Of a stretch of DNA of 64,000 bases, positions 49,431 through 62,200 are shown one piece after another. A program made the position numbers and the translations under genes. Numbering within the stretch: position 1 is the first letter of the stretch; each line of letters starts with the position of its first letter. The stretch is from Octopus sinensis. Its lineage: Eukaryota. Location of the stretch: the NCBI RefSeq assembly GCF_006345805.1, contig NC_043007.1, positions 59,334,001 through 59,398,000 of the forward strand, given 5' to 3'. The notes under the pieces are model-generated. The model did not search any database, was not told where the DNA came from, and worked only from the letters and a program-made list of their open reading frames with translations.

Positions 49431-51421
49431 CATCATCATCATCGTTTAACGTCCGTTTTCCGTGCTAGCACGGATTGGACGGTTCGACCGGGGTCTGGGG
49501 AGCCAGGGGCTGCTCCAGGCTCCAGTCTGATCTGGCAGTGTTTCTACAGCTGGATGCCCTTCCTAACGCCAACCACTCCGCGAGTGTAGTGGGTGCTTTT
49601 TACGTGCCACCTGCACAGGTGCCAGTCGAGGCGGTGCTGGCATCGGCCACGTTCGGATGGTGCTTTTTATGTGCCACCGGCACAGAAGCCAGTCGAGGCG
49701 GGGCTGGCATCGGCCACGTTCGGATGGTGCTTTTTATGTGCCACCGGCACAGAAGCCAGTCGGGGCGGCACTGGCAATGGCCACGTTCGGATGGTGCTTT
49801 TTATGTGCCACCGGCACAGGTATCACAACTACTGTTTCCATTGATATTTGGTTCGATGTTCATGTACATGCACTTGACTCAACAGGTCTCCTCAAGCATA
49901 GCGAGATGTTCCGAGATCCAAGGTACTTTGAATGGGCAGAGGCTATGCGGAACTGGTGCTGGAAGCATCCCGGGTCTTAGTAGTCACAGCACATCTCCAG
50001 AGATCTCGGTCCTTCGCCATTGCCTCAGTGAGGCCCAACGCTCTGAGGTCATGCTTGACTACCTCATCCCATGTCTTCATGGGTCTACCTCTCCCCCTGA
50101 TTCCTTCAACTGTTCGGGAGTGGCACTTCTTCACACATGACCATACCATCGCAAGCTTCGCTCTTGCACACCGCATCTGATGCTTCTTATGTCTAGCATT
50201 TCTCTCAGGGTGCTAACACTCTGTCGTGCATTCACAGACATTACACACCCAGCGGATCATGCTAGCTTCATTTCTTTCAAGTCTACGCATGTCCTCTGAA
50301 GTCACGCCCCATGTTTCACTGCCGTGAAGCATGGCAGTTCGCACACATGCATCATACAATCTACCTTTCACTCTGAGTGAGAGACCCTTTGTCGCCAGTA
50401 GGGGTAGGAGTTTTCTAAACTTTGCCCAGGCTATTTGTATTCTAGTGGTGATACTCTCTGAGCATCCACCCCCACTACTAACTTGGTCACCCAGGTAGCG
50501 GAAACTATCAACTACTTCTAGTTTCTCCCCCTGGAGTGTGATGGAATCTGTTTTCTGAGTATTTGTGGTGTCTATTGTCCCTGTGCATCTGCCGTACATG
50601 AAAGCTATCTTATCAGTTAATTTGCCTTTGATGTTGCTGCACCTCTTATGCGTCCATAGCTTACACTGGGTGCATCTTATGGAGTTTCTACCTACACCTT
50701 TCCCACAGCTCGAGCAGGGCCACCTGCCTGATGGGGTGTGTGCTGAGTTCGCCTTTCTGCATACTATAACTTTGGTCTTCGCTACATTTACTCTAAGGCC
50801 CTTTGATTCTAACCCTTGTTTCCACACCCGAAATTTCTTTTTTAGTTCCGGTAGTGATTCTGCTATGAAGGCCAGGTCATCAGCATAGAGGAGCTCCCAG
50901 GGGCAACCTGTTTTGAATTCCTCTGTTATTGCCTGGAGGACTATGATGAATAAAAGGGGACTGAGGGCTGAGCCCTGGTGTACACCTACTTCTACCCGGA
51001 ATTCTTCACTATATTCGTTGCCAATCCTAAACTTGCTGACAGCCTCTCTGTATAGAGCCTGTACAGCCCTTATTAGCCATTCGTCAATCTCCAGTTTCCG
51101 CATCGACCACCAGATAAGGGAACGGGGAACCCTGTCAAAGGCTTTCTCCAAGTCCACAAAAGCTATGTAGAGGGGTTTATCTTTAGCTGCAGTTGTCGGA
51201 CCAGGAATATAGCATCAGTGGTGCTTCTACCTGGCACAAAACCGAACTGCATCTCATCTAAGCAAATTCTCTCCCTAATGAGATGGGTTATGACCCTCTC
51301 TGTGACCTTCATCACCTGATCCAACAGTTTAACACCCCTGTAGTTATTTCTATCTAGAGCATCACCCTTACCCTTGTAGCAGTTGACTATGGTGCTGCTA
51401 TGCCAGTCATTGGGTATGACT
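49431..51421 (-). mobile_element. Second young 5'-truncated RTE copy with small deletions
   Basis: ORF 50213-51157 is nearly identical to the corresponding part of 41320-43113; same 3'UTR with 67-bp repeats. Confidence 0.95.
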
Positions 51422-52402
51422 AATTAAAAAAATATCACAAAACTCTTCGTTTTTAGTTGTTTGACCCAAAGTCAACCTTGACAGAGCTGTGGCCATATCA
51501 TCTTTTTCTTAGACACAGTTCACCAAGTTCACATTAGACAATATGCCTTTTTTTCTAAGATGTCATGGTGGATTTGATGGAGAATTGGTTGATATTTCTA
51601 GCATGCTGAACAACCACATAAATCCTTTCTTGTTGGTATGTCTTTATTTTTGTTTTTGGAGTCAGGTGCCTTTACTAATGGCAATGAAAGGACTATGATA
51701 GGAAAGTAGCTTGTTTTACAGTGAGACAGCATGAAACATTATTTTGCCTTACTTTGAAAACGCATTGATGTTGTAGCCAGGTTTAACTGGCTTGTTCCCC
51801 ACTATCAAGTATAATTCTCATCATTAGAAATTTTATAAGAATTGTATATAGATTGGATCCTCAATAGCAGACTGGGTCTTCACCTCACTTTGGATCTTCG
51901 ATAAGTGATATCACACCTTTGTGTGGTGTCACATTTCAATGGCAAACACTTGAATTCATGGGAAGAAGCATTTTATTATCTCAAACAAAATTTTCTCAAT
52001 CCTGTGCCATATGGTTTCAGGTAGTCCCATAGTGTGGTATCTTGGACAAGTGTCTTCTTCTATAGCCTTGGGCTGACCAAAGCCTTGTGAGTGGATTTGG
52101 GAGATGGAAACTGGAAGAGACTTAACATTATCATCACAATCATTGTTTATATGTCCACTTATGTTCATATGGGTTAGAAGGAATTTGTTGAAAATAATTT
52201 TCTATGGCTGGATGCCCTTCCTGTTGCCAACCCTTACCCGTTTCCAAGTAAGGTAATATTTACCCATGGCCAGATGTTTTCACAGAGGATTGGAAGTAAA
52301 AGACACAACTTGTATGATTGTGACACATGTTTATAATGATCACTATACCAAGACAAGGAGGCACCAATACACACACACATATATGTATTAAATATATGTA
52401 TA

Positions 52403-53211
52403 TGAGGTGGTAACAAAAGTTTCCCAGACTAGTTATGTCTAATAAAAAATAACTTTACCTAAGTTTTAACATCATCTCCTTTGAAATAGCCACCTTGCAC
52501 AGCAACACATCAGTCTTAGCATTGTCAACACTTTTGGAATCCAGTCTGTGAAACGTTTTCTGTAAGTGAGTCGAGAACCTTCTGTGATTTGCTCTGGATC
52601 TCAACAAAAGCGTTAATATGGTAACCTTTGAGCTGCATTTTCATCTTGGGGAAGAGATGGAAGTCTGCAGGTGCTAAATCTGGTGAAGAGGGTGGGTGCG
52701 GAAGTGATACCATGTTCTTTTTGGAAACAAACTCAGGAATGAGGAGAACATAGTGAAGAATCCAGTTCTTCACACTCCACAGGTCCAGTTGCTTTTGCCG
52801 AATGTCCTCCCTCAAACTATTCAAAATATCACAGTAGAACTCACGATTGCTGACTGGCTCTGGGGGAATGAATTCCCAATGCACAATACCACATTTATGG
52901 GGGTGAATCTTGTAGCAGGTCTTCCAGAGGCATTCTTCCACCTTTCAAGCACCTGTGCCACTTGAAGCATTGCATATAATCCATTGCCTTGTTGCCGTAA
53001 GCTTGCTCAATATCTTTGAAGCAGACTTCCCAAGTTTAACACAAAATTTCACATTGGCTCTTTGCTCCAACTTCCTGTCCTTGACAAAAATTTAAGACTA
53101 CAGCATACTGCCTCATGAAGGTCACTGCTAGCTCTCATTGTGCACACAACCATGTGCTGCCACCTGTTGGTGCACAACAGAACTAGTCTGGGAATTTTTG
53201 ATACCACCTTG
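52403..53211 (-). mobile_element. Internally deleted mariner transposon
   Basis: TIRs tgaggtggtaacaaaagtttcccagactag / ctagtctgggaatttttgataccaccttg with TA flanks; ORF GIVHWEF...HPPSSPDLAPADFHLFPKMK. Confidence 0.88.
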
Positions 53212-53581
53212 TATATAGTACTAGTGTGTGGTACTTTGAACAAGTGTCTTCTTTTAGAACCCTGGGCTGACAAAAGCCTTGTGAGTAAATTTGGTAAAGG
53301 GCAACTGGAAGAGGCTCAACATTATCATCGCAATCATTGTTTATACACCCACTTGTATTCACATGGGTTAGAAAGAATTTGTTGAAAATAATTTTCTATG
53401 GCTGGATACCCTTCCTGTTGCCAACCCTTACCTGTTTCCAAGTAAGGTAATATTAACCTATGACCAGATGTTTTCACAAAAGATTGGAAGTAAAAATCGC
53501 AACCTGTATGATGGTGACACATGTTTATAATGGTCACACGATATCAAGACAAGGAGACATCAATACACACACACATATATA

Positions 53582-55798
53582 CAATCATACCTCCCCTTAC
53601 ATCGTTAATTGGTTCTAGAGGACATGATTTAGGTAGAAATAACCATTATTTAAATATATATAGATGTAATAATTAAAACCTAGGCTAGCCTAAGTTGTTT
53701 TTATGTTAGTCTATGGATTTGGTTAATTGTTAGGCAAGCCTAAGCTGTTTTTATATTAGAAAGAAATAATTTCAAATACTGTACTCTTGCCTACCTGATA
53801 GCTAACATTGGTGTTACTTGTTGAGGCTGGTGTGGGAGGAGATTACACACTAGATGTCGATGGTTGGGGATTGTCAGCTGACTCCTGTTGTGATGGTGTA
53901 GATTGTTGTGCGAACTTATCTAAAGTTCCTTGAATTGTTTTTTTATCCTTCTCTTCAAGGATTAAGTAATAAGGTGCAATAGTATCTTGACAACCCACCA
54001 ATATTTTTACAAAACACTGTGTATTGAGATACATTTCCTCAAATAAAGTAAGACATTTATCGAAATGAGAAAAAAGCCTCTTGCATTTTCTTCAACATAA
54101 AATGATGAGGCTCAGGATCAGGTTTTTCTTCTTTCTTTTCCTTTTGTTCATGAAGTTCCATCAACTCTTTGTTTGTTAGGGACTGTTTATCTTTCTCAAA
54201 TAATTCATTAAAATCTGTTCTTCCAACTCTATTTCCAGTTCATTGCTCAACTGCACCAAGGTCTTATTCACTTAAACATTGTCAAAGCCCTTAAAGTCAT
54301 TGACAAATTATGGGCACAGCTTCTTCCACACACCATTCATAGCTCCACGGAGTTGCTATGTTCACTATGGCTTTGTAGATGTCGTAACTTTCTCAAAAGT
54401 CATGGACTGTAATGCTTTCATCAATGTCAATTATCCCCTGGTCTATTGACTGCAGCAGTGAGGCAGTGTTAGGAGGGAAGAAGATAACAGTAACACAAGG
54501 ATGGAAATCTCCGATGTTTTTCGGGTAGCCTGGAGTATTATTTAAGACAAGCAGAACTTTAAAAAGAATCCTTTTAGCCTTACAGTACTTTTTTGCTTCA
54601 GGAACAAAATGATTGAAAAACCATTCTTCAAAAATAATGAGTGACCCAAGTCTTTGAATTGACTATCCATATTACAAGAAGAGATGCCTTGGGCATGTTC
54701 TTAAGAACTCGGGAGTTCAGCACGTGATATACAAGCAGCTGTTTTAGCTTGCAATTGCCTTCCAACATTAAGGTCAAATGTTCTTTTGATACTCTGTAGC
54801 CAGGAATTCTTTACTCTTCCTTGGATATGAAAGAATGATCTGGTAATTTCTTCCAGTAGATACCAGTCTCAACAACATTGAATATTTGTTTGGGTAGCAT
54901 TATTTTCAATAATCTTCGCTAATGTAGCAGGAAATTCCACTGCAGCAACATCGTCACCCGATGTGCTTTCACCTTGTTTCTTGAGGGAGTGCAAATTCTG
55001 TTGCTGCTTAAATATCATAAACCATCTCTGACTTGCCTTAAATTCTATGTCTTTCAAATCTTCAAACAAAGACAATGCTTTCTCCTGAATTATTTCCTGA
55101 CTACAACTTGCTTGCTGATGATTCTGCCTTTCATCCCAAAGGGCAAGAAGCTGCTCCATCTCTTCATAGATTCGTCCTCTTTTCTTGTTGATGATGGTAC
55201 TTTTCATCCCTGGAGCATCATCTTTCACATGTGCCATAATCCTATCTCTATTGTGCACAATTGCTGATACAGTTGTACAGTTCATCTCAAACAATCGTGC
55301 AATGGCTACAATCTTTTCATATCATTTTATTATATCCACTTTATCTTCCAACAACATGGCTTTATGCTTACCACTTTGACTAGGATTCTTCTTTGGAGCC
55401 ATGGGGCTAAAATGTAAATCACAAAAATAATTGTACAAAATTTCACAGCACTGTCGACGTGAACACATTTGAAAAGCTTGTGGCTGGAGCACGAATCCCC
55501 CCTATTGGAAAACATCTGAACTAGTACACTTGTTCAGATTTGTTTTACCATTAACCTGTAACTTTCAATGTCTTTGTTTTTAAACAAATTTCAATTCTTT
55601 ATGATGCACACAGTATTTTAACATTAATTTTAATATGCTATACAGATTATATGTTTCTATTGCTTTTTTATTTATTTTCCAGAGATGAATACGAAGGCAA
55701 CCAATTGATACAACCCAGAACTAACAGTACAGTATTGTATTTAATATTTTAGAAAGACTGACATATCTTCGGAAATGACTTAACCAAAGGTATATGTG
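53582..55798 (-). mobile_element. Degenerate Tigger/pogo transposon
   Basis: CENP-B-type HTH (EMEQLLALW...IQEKALSLF...FKASQRWF...GES) in 54869-55294; DDE remnants LLVLNN and FFPPNTASLLQSIDQG; weak termini. Confidence 0.85.
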
Positions 55799-58409
55799 TA
55801 TATATATGTATGTATATATGAGGAGTTTCTTTCAGTTTGTGTCTATAAAATCCACTCACAAGAGTTTTGGTCAGCCAAAACCGGGGCTATGGTAGAAGGC
55901 ACTTGCCTGAGATGCCACAGAGTAGGAAACTAATAATTTAGTATATTCATAACTTATTTACTAAAATCTAAGAAAATATGACACCACACCTGGATTATGG
56001 ACACCAGTGAAAAAATTAGACTTATGAGTTCTAGACCTAGGTCTAAGTGTGTTTGTATATATGTGTGGATATGTGGTGTGTGTGTGCTTGCATGCGCGTG
56101 TGTGTCCCCCCTTGTCTTAACATTGTGTGATGTTGTAATCAAATGTTACCGTTATACAAATGTTGTTCATTTCCAATTTTCTGTGAAAAAAACATATCTG
56201 GTCATGTGAATATGGAAACTTGCTTGGAAACTGGTGTGGATTGGCTACTGGAAGGGGCATCTGGTGATGGAAAATCTGTTCCAATGAGTTCCATTGTGAC
56301 CCATGCATGCATGGAAACGTGAATATTAAAAATGATGACAACGATAATGACTTGTTTCAGTTGTTAGACTGTGGCCATGCTGGGGCACCACCTTGAAGAA
56401 CTTTTAGTTGAACAAATTGACATCAGTACTTGCTGTTTTATTAAACCTGGTACTTATTTTATTGGGATCTTTTGCTGAACTGCAAAGTTATGGGGATGCA
56501 CACACACCAACACCAGTTGTCAAATGGTAGTGGGGGACAAACACAGACACGAAGACACATGTACACATACACACGACAGGCTTCTTGCAGTTCTAGTCTA
56601 CCAAATCCACTCACAAAGGTTTGGTTGATCCAAGGCTATAGTAGAAGACACTTGCCATGCAATGGGACTGAACCATGAGGTTGGGAAGCAAGCTTCTTAC
56701 CACACAGTCTTCTTTACCAATTAAGCAATGTATATTTCTTAATAAGTGGGTTTATATCTACTCCAAGTATTAAGAAATAATATTGTATAATGATTACAGT
56801 TCTATCATATCACAGTGAAATCAATGCAAGATCTGTAGCTGGACCTGAAACATTGATGGTCCATCAGTGAAAAGACAATGAGTACTTTTAACCCTTTAGT
56901 GTTTAAACCGGTCATATCAGGCCAAAATTGTCTTTCTGTTTTATGCTCAAACCAGCCAGCTCTGACCTCTCACACCTACCCTGCAAAGTCATTCTAAAAA
57001 TAAACAGGGATATCATCAAAATTTCAGAGTTACAAAATGCTGTACAATTAATTTAAAACAATGTAATTAAACAGGCTTTACATTTGACAGATTAATCTGG
57101 ATGCTAAAGGGTTAAATGAAATATTTAACATATTTGCTGCATACCCACTTTACTACAAAGCATGGTTGGTATATTTATTGTGGTCATTGCTATAAGTCAT
57201 CCCTAATCCAGCAAACCTATGATCAAGGTTGTTCCAGCCATCTTTTATCTCCCTTGAAGAATCTTTATTAAACTTATTGACCCCAGTATATACTATTTTT
57301 TGTAAAGTCCGTTCTCTTTTATCAAACCTGTAACTTGCAGGGATGTAAACACACCAACACCAATCGTGAAGTGGTGGTGGGTGACAAACACATACACAAA
57401 GATACACACACATACATATATACGAGTCTTTCAATTTTTGTCGACCAAATCCTCTCGCAAGGTTTTGGTCAGCACGAGGCTATAGTAGAAGACACTTGCT
57501 TAAGGTGGCACATAGTGGGACTGAACCTGGAACCACACAGCCATACCTGCACCTAGCCATGATCATCTTTTTCTTTTGTAGACAATCAGAGACTACTTTT
57601 TTTAAAAAGAGAATAGATGTATACTTTGAGGGAGAGATTTATCTGCTAACTAAAGAGATTCATTCTTTTGCTCGATATAAGGTGATGTAGGGTTTTGGTA
57701 AAAGGAACAACAAAATGATGACTGAAGCTGTAGATGAATTCATGAAGCTTGAATCAATATCTTAACTATTCAGCGTAACTGTTCTGACAGGATGCATCAA
57801 CTGTTTTGAACCCACTTTTCTTTAGCTTTAATGTAGTTGTCCTCATGATCCTCATTTCACATCTGCTTTCCATGCCAGTATTGGTTAGGTGTGTTGTTAT
57901 AATTCAAGTGAGTTCTGACTCAGAATTAATAACCTCCCAGATAGGTTGGAGGATCATATTGCTTGTTTCATTTCTGGTTTGGTTTTCATGACTGGATGCC
58001 TTTCATAACACCAACCACTTTAAACAGTGTACTGGGTGTATTTTATTGTGGTACCAAGGCTAGAAAGTTTATCATGTCCTTGACTAGAATAAAGGGCCTT
58101 CTCAACCTTACAGTGTCCTTGTTTATTAAAAGCACTTTGACCTAGGAGGGGTGAATAAAAGTGGGAGTAACGAGATGGAGGGGGCAGGTTGAGTAGTTTG
58201 GGAGGAACAGGGGTATGATGGAGAAAATAGAGTGAATGAGGAGTGATGGAAGAGTGACAGAGCTAGTGAAAGTAATGGAAGAGATACAATAATGACAGCT
58301 ATATATTTGCTTGAGAAAGAGTGATGGATGTCAATAAGGGGATGGTCTAGGGAAGAACAATACAGTGGTCTCTGTGAAGGAGGCTTGATATTAAAAGTGT
58401 TTAGTTTTT

Positions 58410-58730
58410 CGCTTAAAGAGGAGAGGACCCCCTTTGGTTATGAATGACCATGGGATTGCACCTAGAAAGTTATCCTCCAAGACACAAGTCCAGGCAAGGT
58501 TCTTTCATGGAAGACTAGCAGTTGGCTATGCATACCAGCTACCCTTCTCCATGCTACCAATATTATACAAGGGAAAAGCAAAGGCTGATTACAGCTTGCA
58601 CCAGTGACACTGCAACTCCTTTCTATAGCTGAGTGAACTGAGCAACGTGAAATAAAGAACACAACAGTCCGGTCTGGGAATCAAATTCACCTTATGATTG
58701 TGGGCCTGACTAACTGAGCTATACACCTTA
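58410..58730 (-). mobile_element. Third SINE-like family; copies or relatives at about 9930-10095, 10310-10640, 38215-38490 and 47220-47425
   Basis: 10330-10640 and 58445-58730 are clearly homologous (gaccatgg.attgcacctagaaagt...gcatac.agc...gagcaa..tgaaataaag). Confidence 0.7.
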
Positions 58731-59210
58731 ACAGTACACAAAATTGATTTGTTGGAGCAGCATATCCAGATTTCCTTACAGAGGGCTTATAAAGCATTAC
58801 ATTGTGTTTTTAAGTGAGCTTTACGTCTCATAAGAATTTATAATTGCCTATTTCCTGGAAGTGGTGTGAATTGTATGACTATAAGCATTGATGCTTTAAT
58901 CACAGTTTAATGGACTTCTTTGAATCTGATTAACACAATTATATTTGCTTCAATAGCACTCATTTATGCTATTTATACTTCAGATTTACTTCAAAACTAT
59001 ATATATATATATATATATATTCCTACTTAACCCTTTAGTGTTGCCCCAAGAATATGTATTTTGGAAGCTGGAGGCAAGCAGAGTCTTAGTGGACTACAGG
59101 GGTCTGTGAAAGAACAGCCAATGCTGAAGTCATCATGAGTTAGCATCTGAACACAATAATGATCTAGAAAGGATAATAATTTTGTATCTAAGTATAATTG
59201 AATCACCTTT

Positions 59211-59510
59211 TAGTGGGGTCTAAATTCCTCTTTGAATTATAAACTAACAGCTAGTTGTGAACATCAAGCAAAGTGTGACACCTCTATACTGAACTTTATT
59301 AGAACACTATCCAGTGTAACACCAGTGGCTGACATATTATCTGTGAAACGAGCACTATTGCAATACCTTATAGTGGGATATAAATTCCCTTTAGAATAAT
59401 AGCATAATGGCACTAACAAACATCAAACTGAAGTGCCATATTTTCATATTGGAGATTATTAGAATACACTATTGTGCTGAGCAGCAATGGCTGACATATT
59501 ACGTGAATCA
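59211..59510. repeat. Old tandem duplication with a 160-bp period
   Basis: tagtggg...taaattcc...aacatcaa...ttattagaa...tggctgacatatta recurs at 59211 and 59371. Confidence 0.75.
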
Positions 59511-62142
59511 AGAAAGATATTTGTAGAAATAAAATGGTACACAAAATAATATATGGCAACTAATTTGTTGTAGCATAAGTGATAGTTATTTGGTTAGAAT
59601 CCTGCCAGTGAGTGTTTGTTGCTCTTTCTGTCTAATAATATCTACAAACATTTTACATTTATTTCTCATAGTTTCCTTGTACAAAGGAAATGGTGAAGAA
59701 GGTACCATATTAACTTTAATCATCAGCTGATTTTTGCTGAATAAATGTAGAAATATCTGGAGATGGACATACAAGAGTTAGCCTTGATTTGCTTCTTTTT
59801 TTTCAAAGTATGATCAACCCTTCATATATATTTAGATCTTTCAAGACTAAATCTGTGAAGTTACCCTCTGAATAGCTGTGAGTTAAGGTTAAGCAGTACT
59901 AATGCTTAAAGTATATGTACCAGTATTTTCTGTTAACATCCCAAGTTAATTTGGTGCCAGTTTTGACAGCTAGATGAACTAACAAAATCTAATTGAAAAC
60001 AATCTATTCAGAAACACAACGAAACGCTTACAGCCGATTTGAACTCACAATTCACGAGTAGATACGGTAACCATTCAGCCATGACATTTCTAAATAGATT
60101 GGGTAAATATTCCAGGATCAGATAACAATGAGGTTTGTTTTGATTATCTTCTTGATAGTCAGAATAACAATTAAAATCGTCTCTAGTTCTCCCCATCAAT
60201 TGATGCAAAGGTGTAATGAGGATGGTATTATTAGGAAAATAAATAATTTATTAATAGTTTCTATGTCAACGTGACTTTCTGATATACTGCATTAGCGTGA
60301 AAGGAAGTTAGTTTCGTTCCTACAGATATAACAAAAAAGTCCAACCGTTCACACAATCTATTTTGTTACCAAATATATAGAGAAATGCCAACAAGTCTGT
60401 AATTGAAGCTTTCCGGGGTTTATTATTACTTTTCTTTGTTTGTCTTTTAAACAATGCTGTCAATTTATTGGGAAACAATGCCACCAATATATCCATAATC
60501 TCGTGGGTAGAAGTCCATATTAAATAATTAAATTGCAGTAAACAGTGCGTGTGTGCAATAACAATAGTCAGAGAGAAAGATAATAATAATAATGATAGAG
60601 AAACGACTTTCTCTTGAGTGCAGTCACATTCCACTGACAATAAATATTACACCGAGCAGGAATTATGCATTATAAAAAAAGGTAATATATCCAATCAATA
60701 GAATAAAAATCGGGAAATTTTCCATAAAAGTATACAAACAAAAGCTTCAGAGAGGGAAAGAGAAATATAGAAACAGCCTCCCCCAAAGAAATCCGATTAA
60801 AAATAAGAACAAAACAAATCATAAAAATCTATAAAACAGTCTTGCAGGATGCAGGAATGTTCTTTAATGAAAGTGTTGCAAGAGGCGGGGAGAGTGAATT
60901 TCCTAAGTTAAAGGACTAAATCCATGAGTTGATGCCGGCGAATTTATTGTTAAAAGGCGAGAGAAGTGGAAGAGATAGGTAATTGATGTTAATCTATTTT
61001 CAGATGCAATTAACATAGTCGGTATTAATGAGGAAGTTTGATGACAGTGGTGTGTCAGCACTAATTAAGACATTTGGTTTCAATTAAAATCTAAAAGAGA
61101 GAGAGAGTAGATCTCTCCGTATCAATCAATTCAGATCCCCAAAATGTTCAGATGTTGGTAGTAGTGATTATAATTAGATGAGAGAGAGGGAAAAAAATCA
61201 ACAATTCAGTTTTTACATAATCAAACAGTAGAGAGAAACAAAGAAGTCAGATATTATCTAAGCCAACTCGACAGGTATTTCCTCTCTCTCTCTCACTATC
61301 CAAAATGACATATATTGCAGAGGAGAATTTTGATTATATATATGTATATATGTGTGTATTGATGTTTTTCGAATTGATACATGTAACAAATGGAGTGAAG
61401 GTCACGAGAATATCGAAACAATTCACGACAAGAATATTTTCAACAATTGACACATTAAGTCCAGTTATTATGGATTTAGTAAAGTCAATCGACTGTTGCA
61501 GTTATTATATTGATAATTTACTTTCAAGATACAAAACTGACCGTTAGTTGTTTATAAAAAGAAATCAAATACGGAATAACCTTTAACTGTTTTGTTTTCA
61601 GTCGTAAATTAATAATAAAAAAAACCCTTTTAACTCGTAACTAAATTAACAGTTGTTGAAAATAATTTATCAAATATAACAAGTTTTTTTTTTTCTTAAG
61701 ACGAAACTTAGAAGGTTAACCAAAGTGGGCAACGTGAAGAAGAAAATAAGACTTTTCGATGAATTAGAAACAGAACTGATTCTTTCCATCACAGATTTAA
61801 GTCCAGCTCTATTTTCTCACCAGTTACTAATGCGTAGTTGTTTCGATAGTGAAAACTAAGAAAATAAAATAAAGTATATGATAGTAATATGAAGAATGTA
61901 TCGTACATTCAGATGGAAATATTTTAAAAAACAAATATGACTTACTGGCACAATTAAGATACAAAACTCAACATGTGCTGCTTGTTATGCGGCTTACAAA
62001 TGTCTACTCTGGGTTGGAATTTTACTTACAAAGTAGGGACAACAACTACGGACACGATATGCTTTCAATTGAAATAGTTACACTTTCAGTTTTATATTAA
62101 AAATAACAAGAACAGTAAAAGATGAATATTTTCTATTTCTAC

Positions 62143-62200
62143 CTTTCCGCTTGTTACAGTCAGCCATTTCTAATATCAGCAAGAGTTATGTCCCTTACAT
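62143..62200 (-). other. Candidate first exon / 5' end of the TRNT1-like gene (ATG GCT GAC TGT AAC AAG CGG AAA G|gtag)
   Basis: An ATG in reasonable context (gaaATGG, 62167) is followed by an AAG|gt donor in the CpG-richer zone. Its phase 1 does not match the phase-2 acceptor at 46730, so it is unproven. Confidence 0.25.

Noticed and set aside
59586-59774. Possible extra TRNT1 5' exon after the acceptor-like ctccag near 59757
   Set aside because: In the phase needed to follow the 62143 donor it hits a stop after 13 codons; no homology support.
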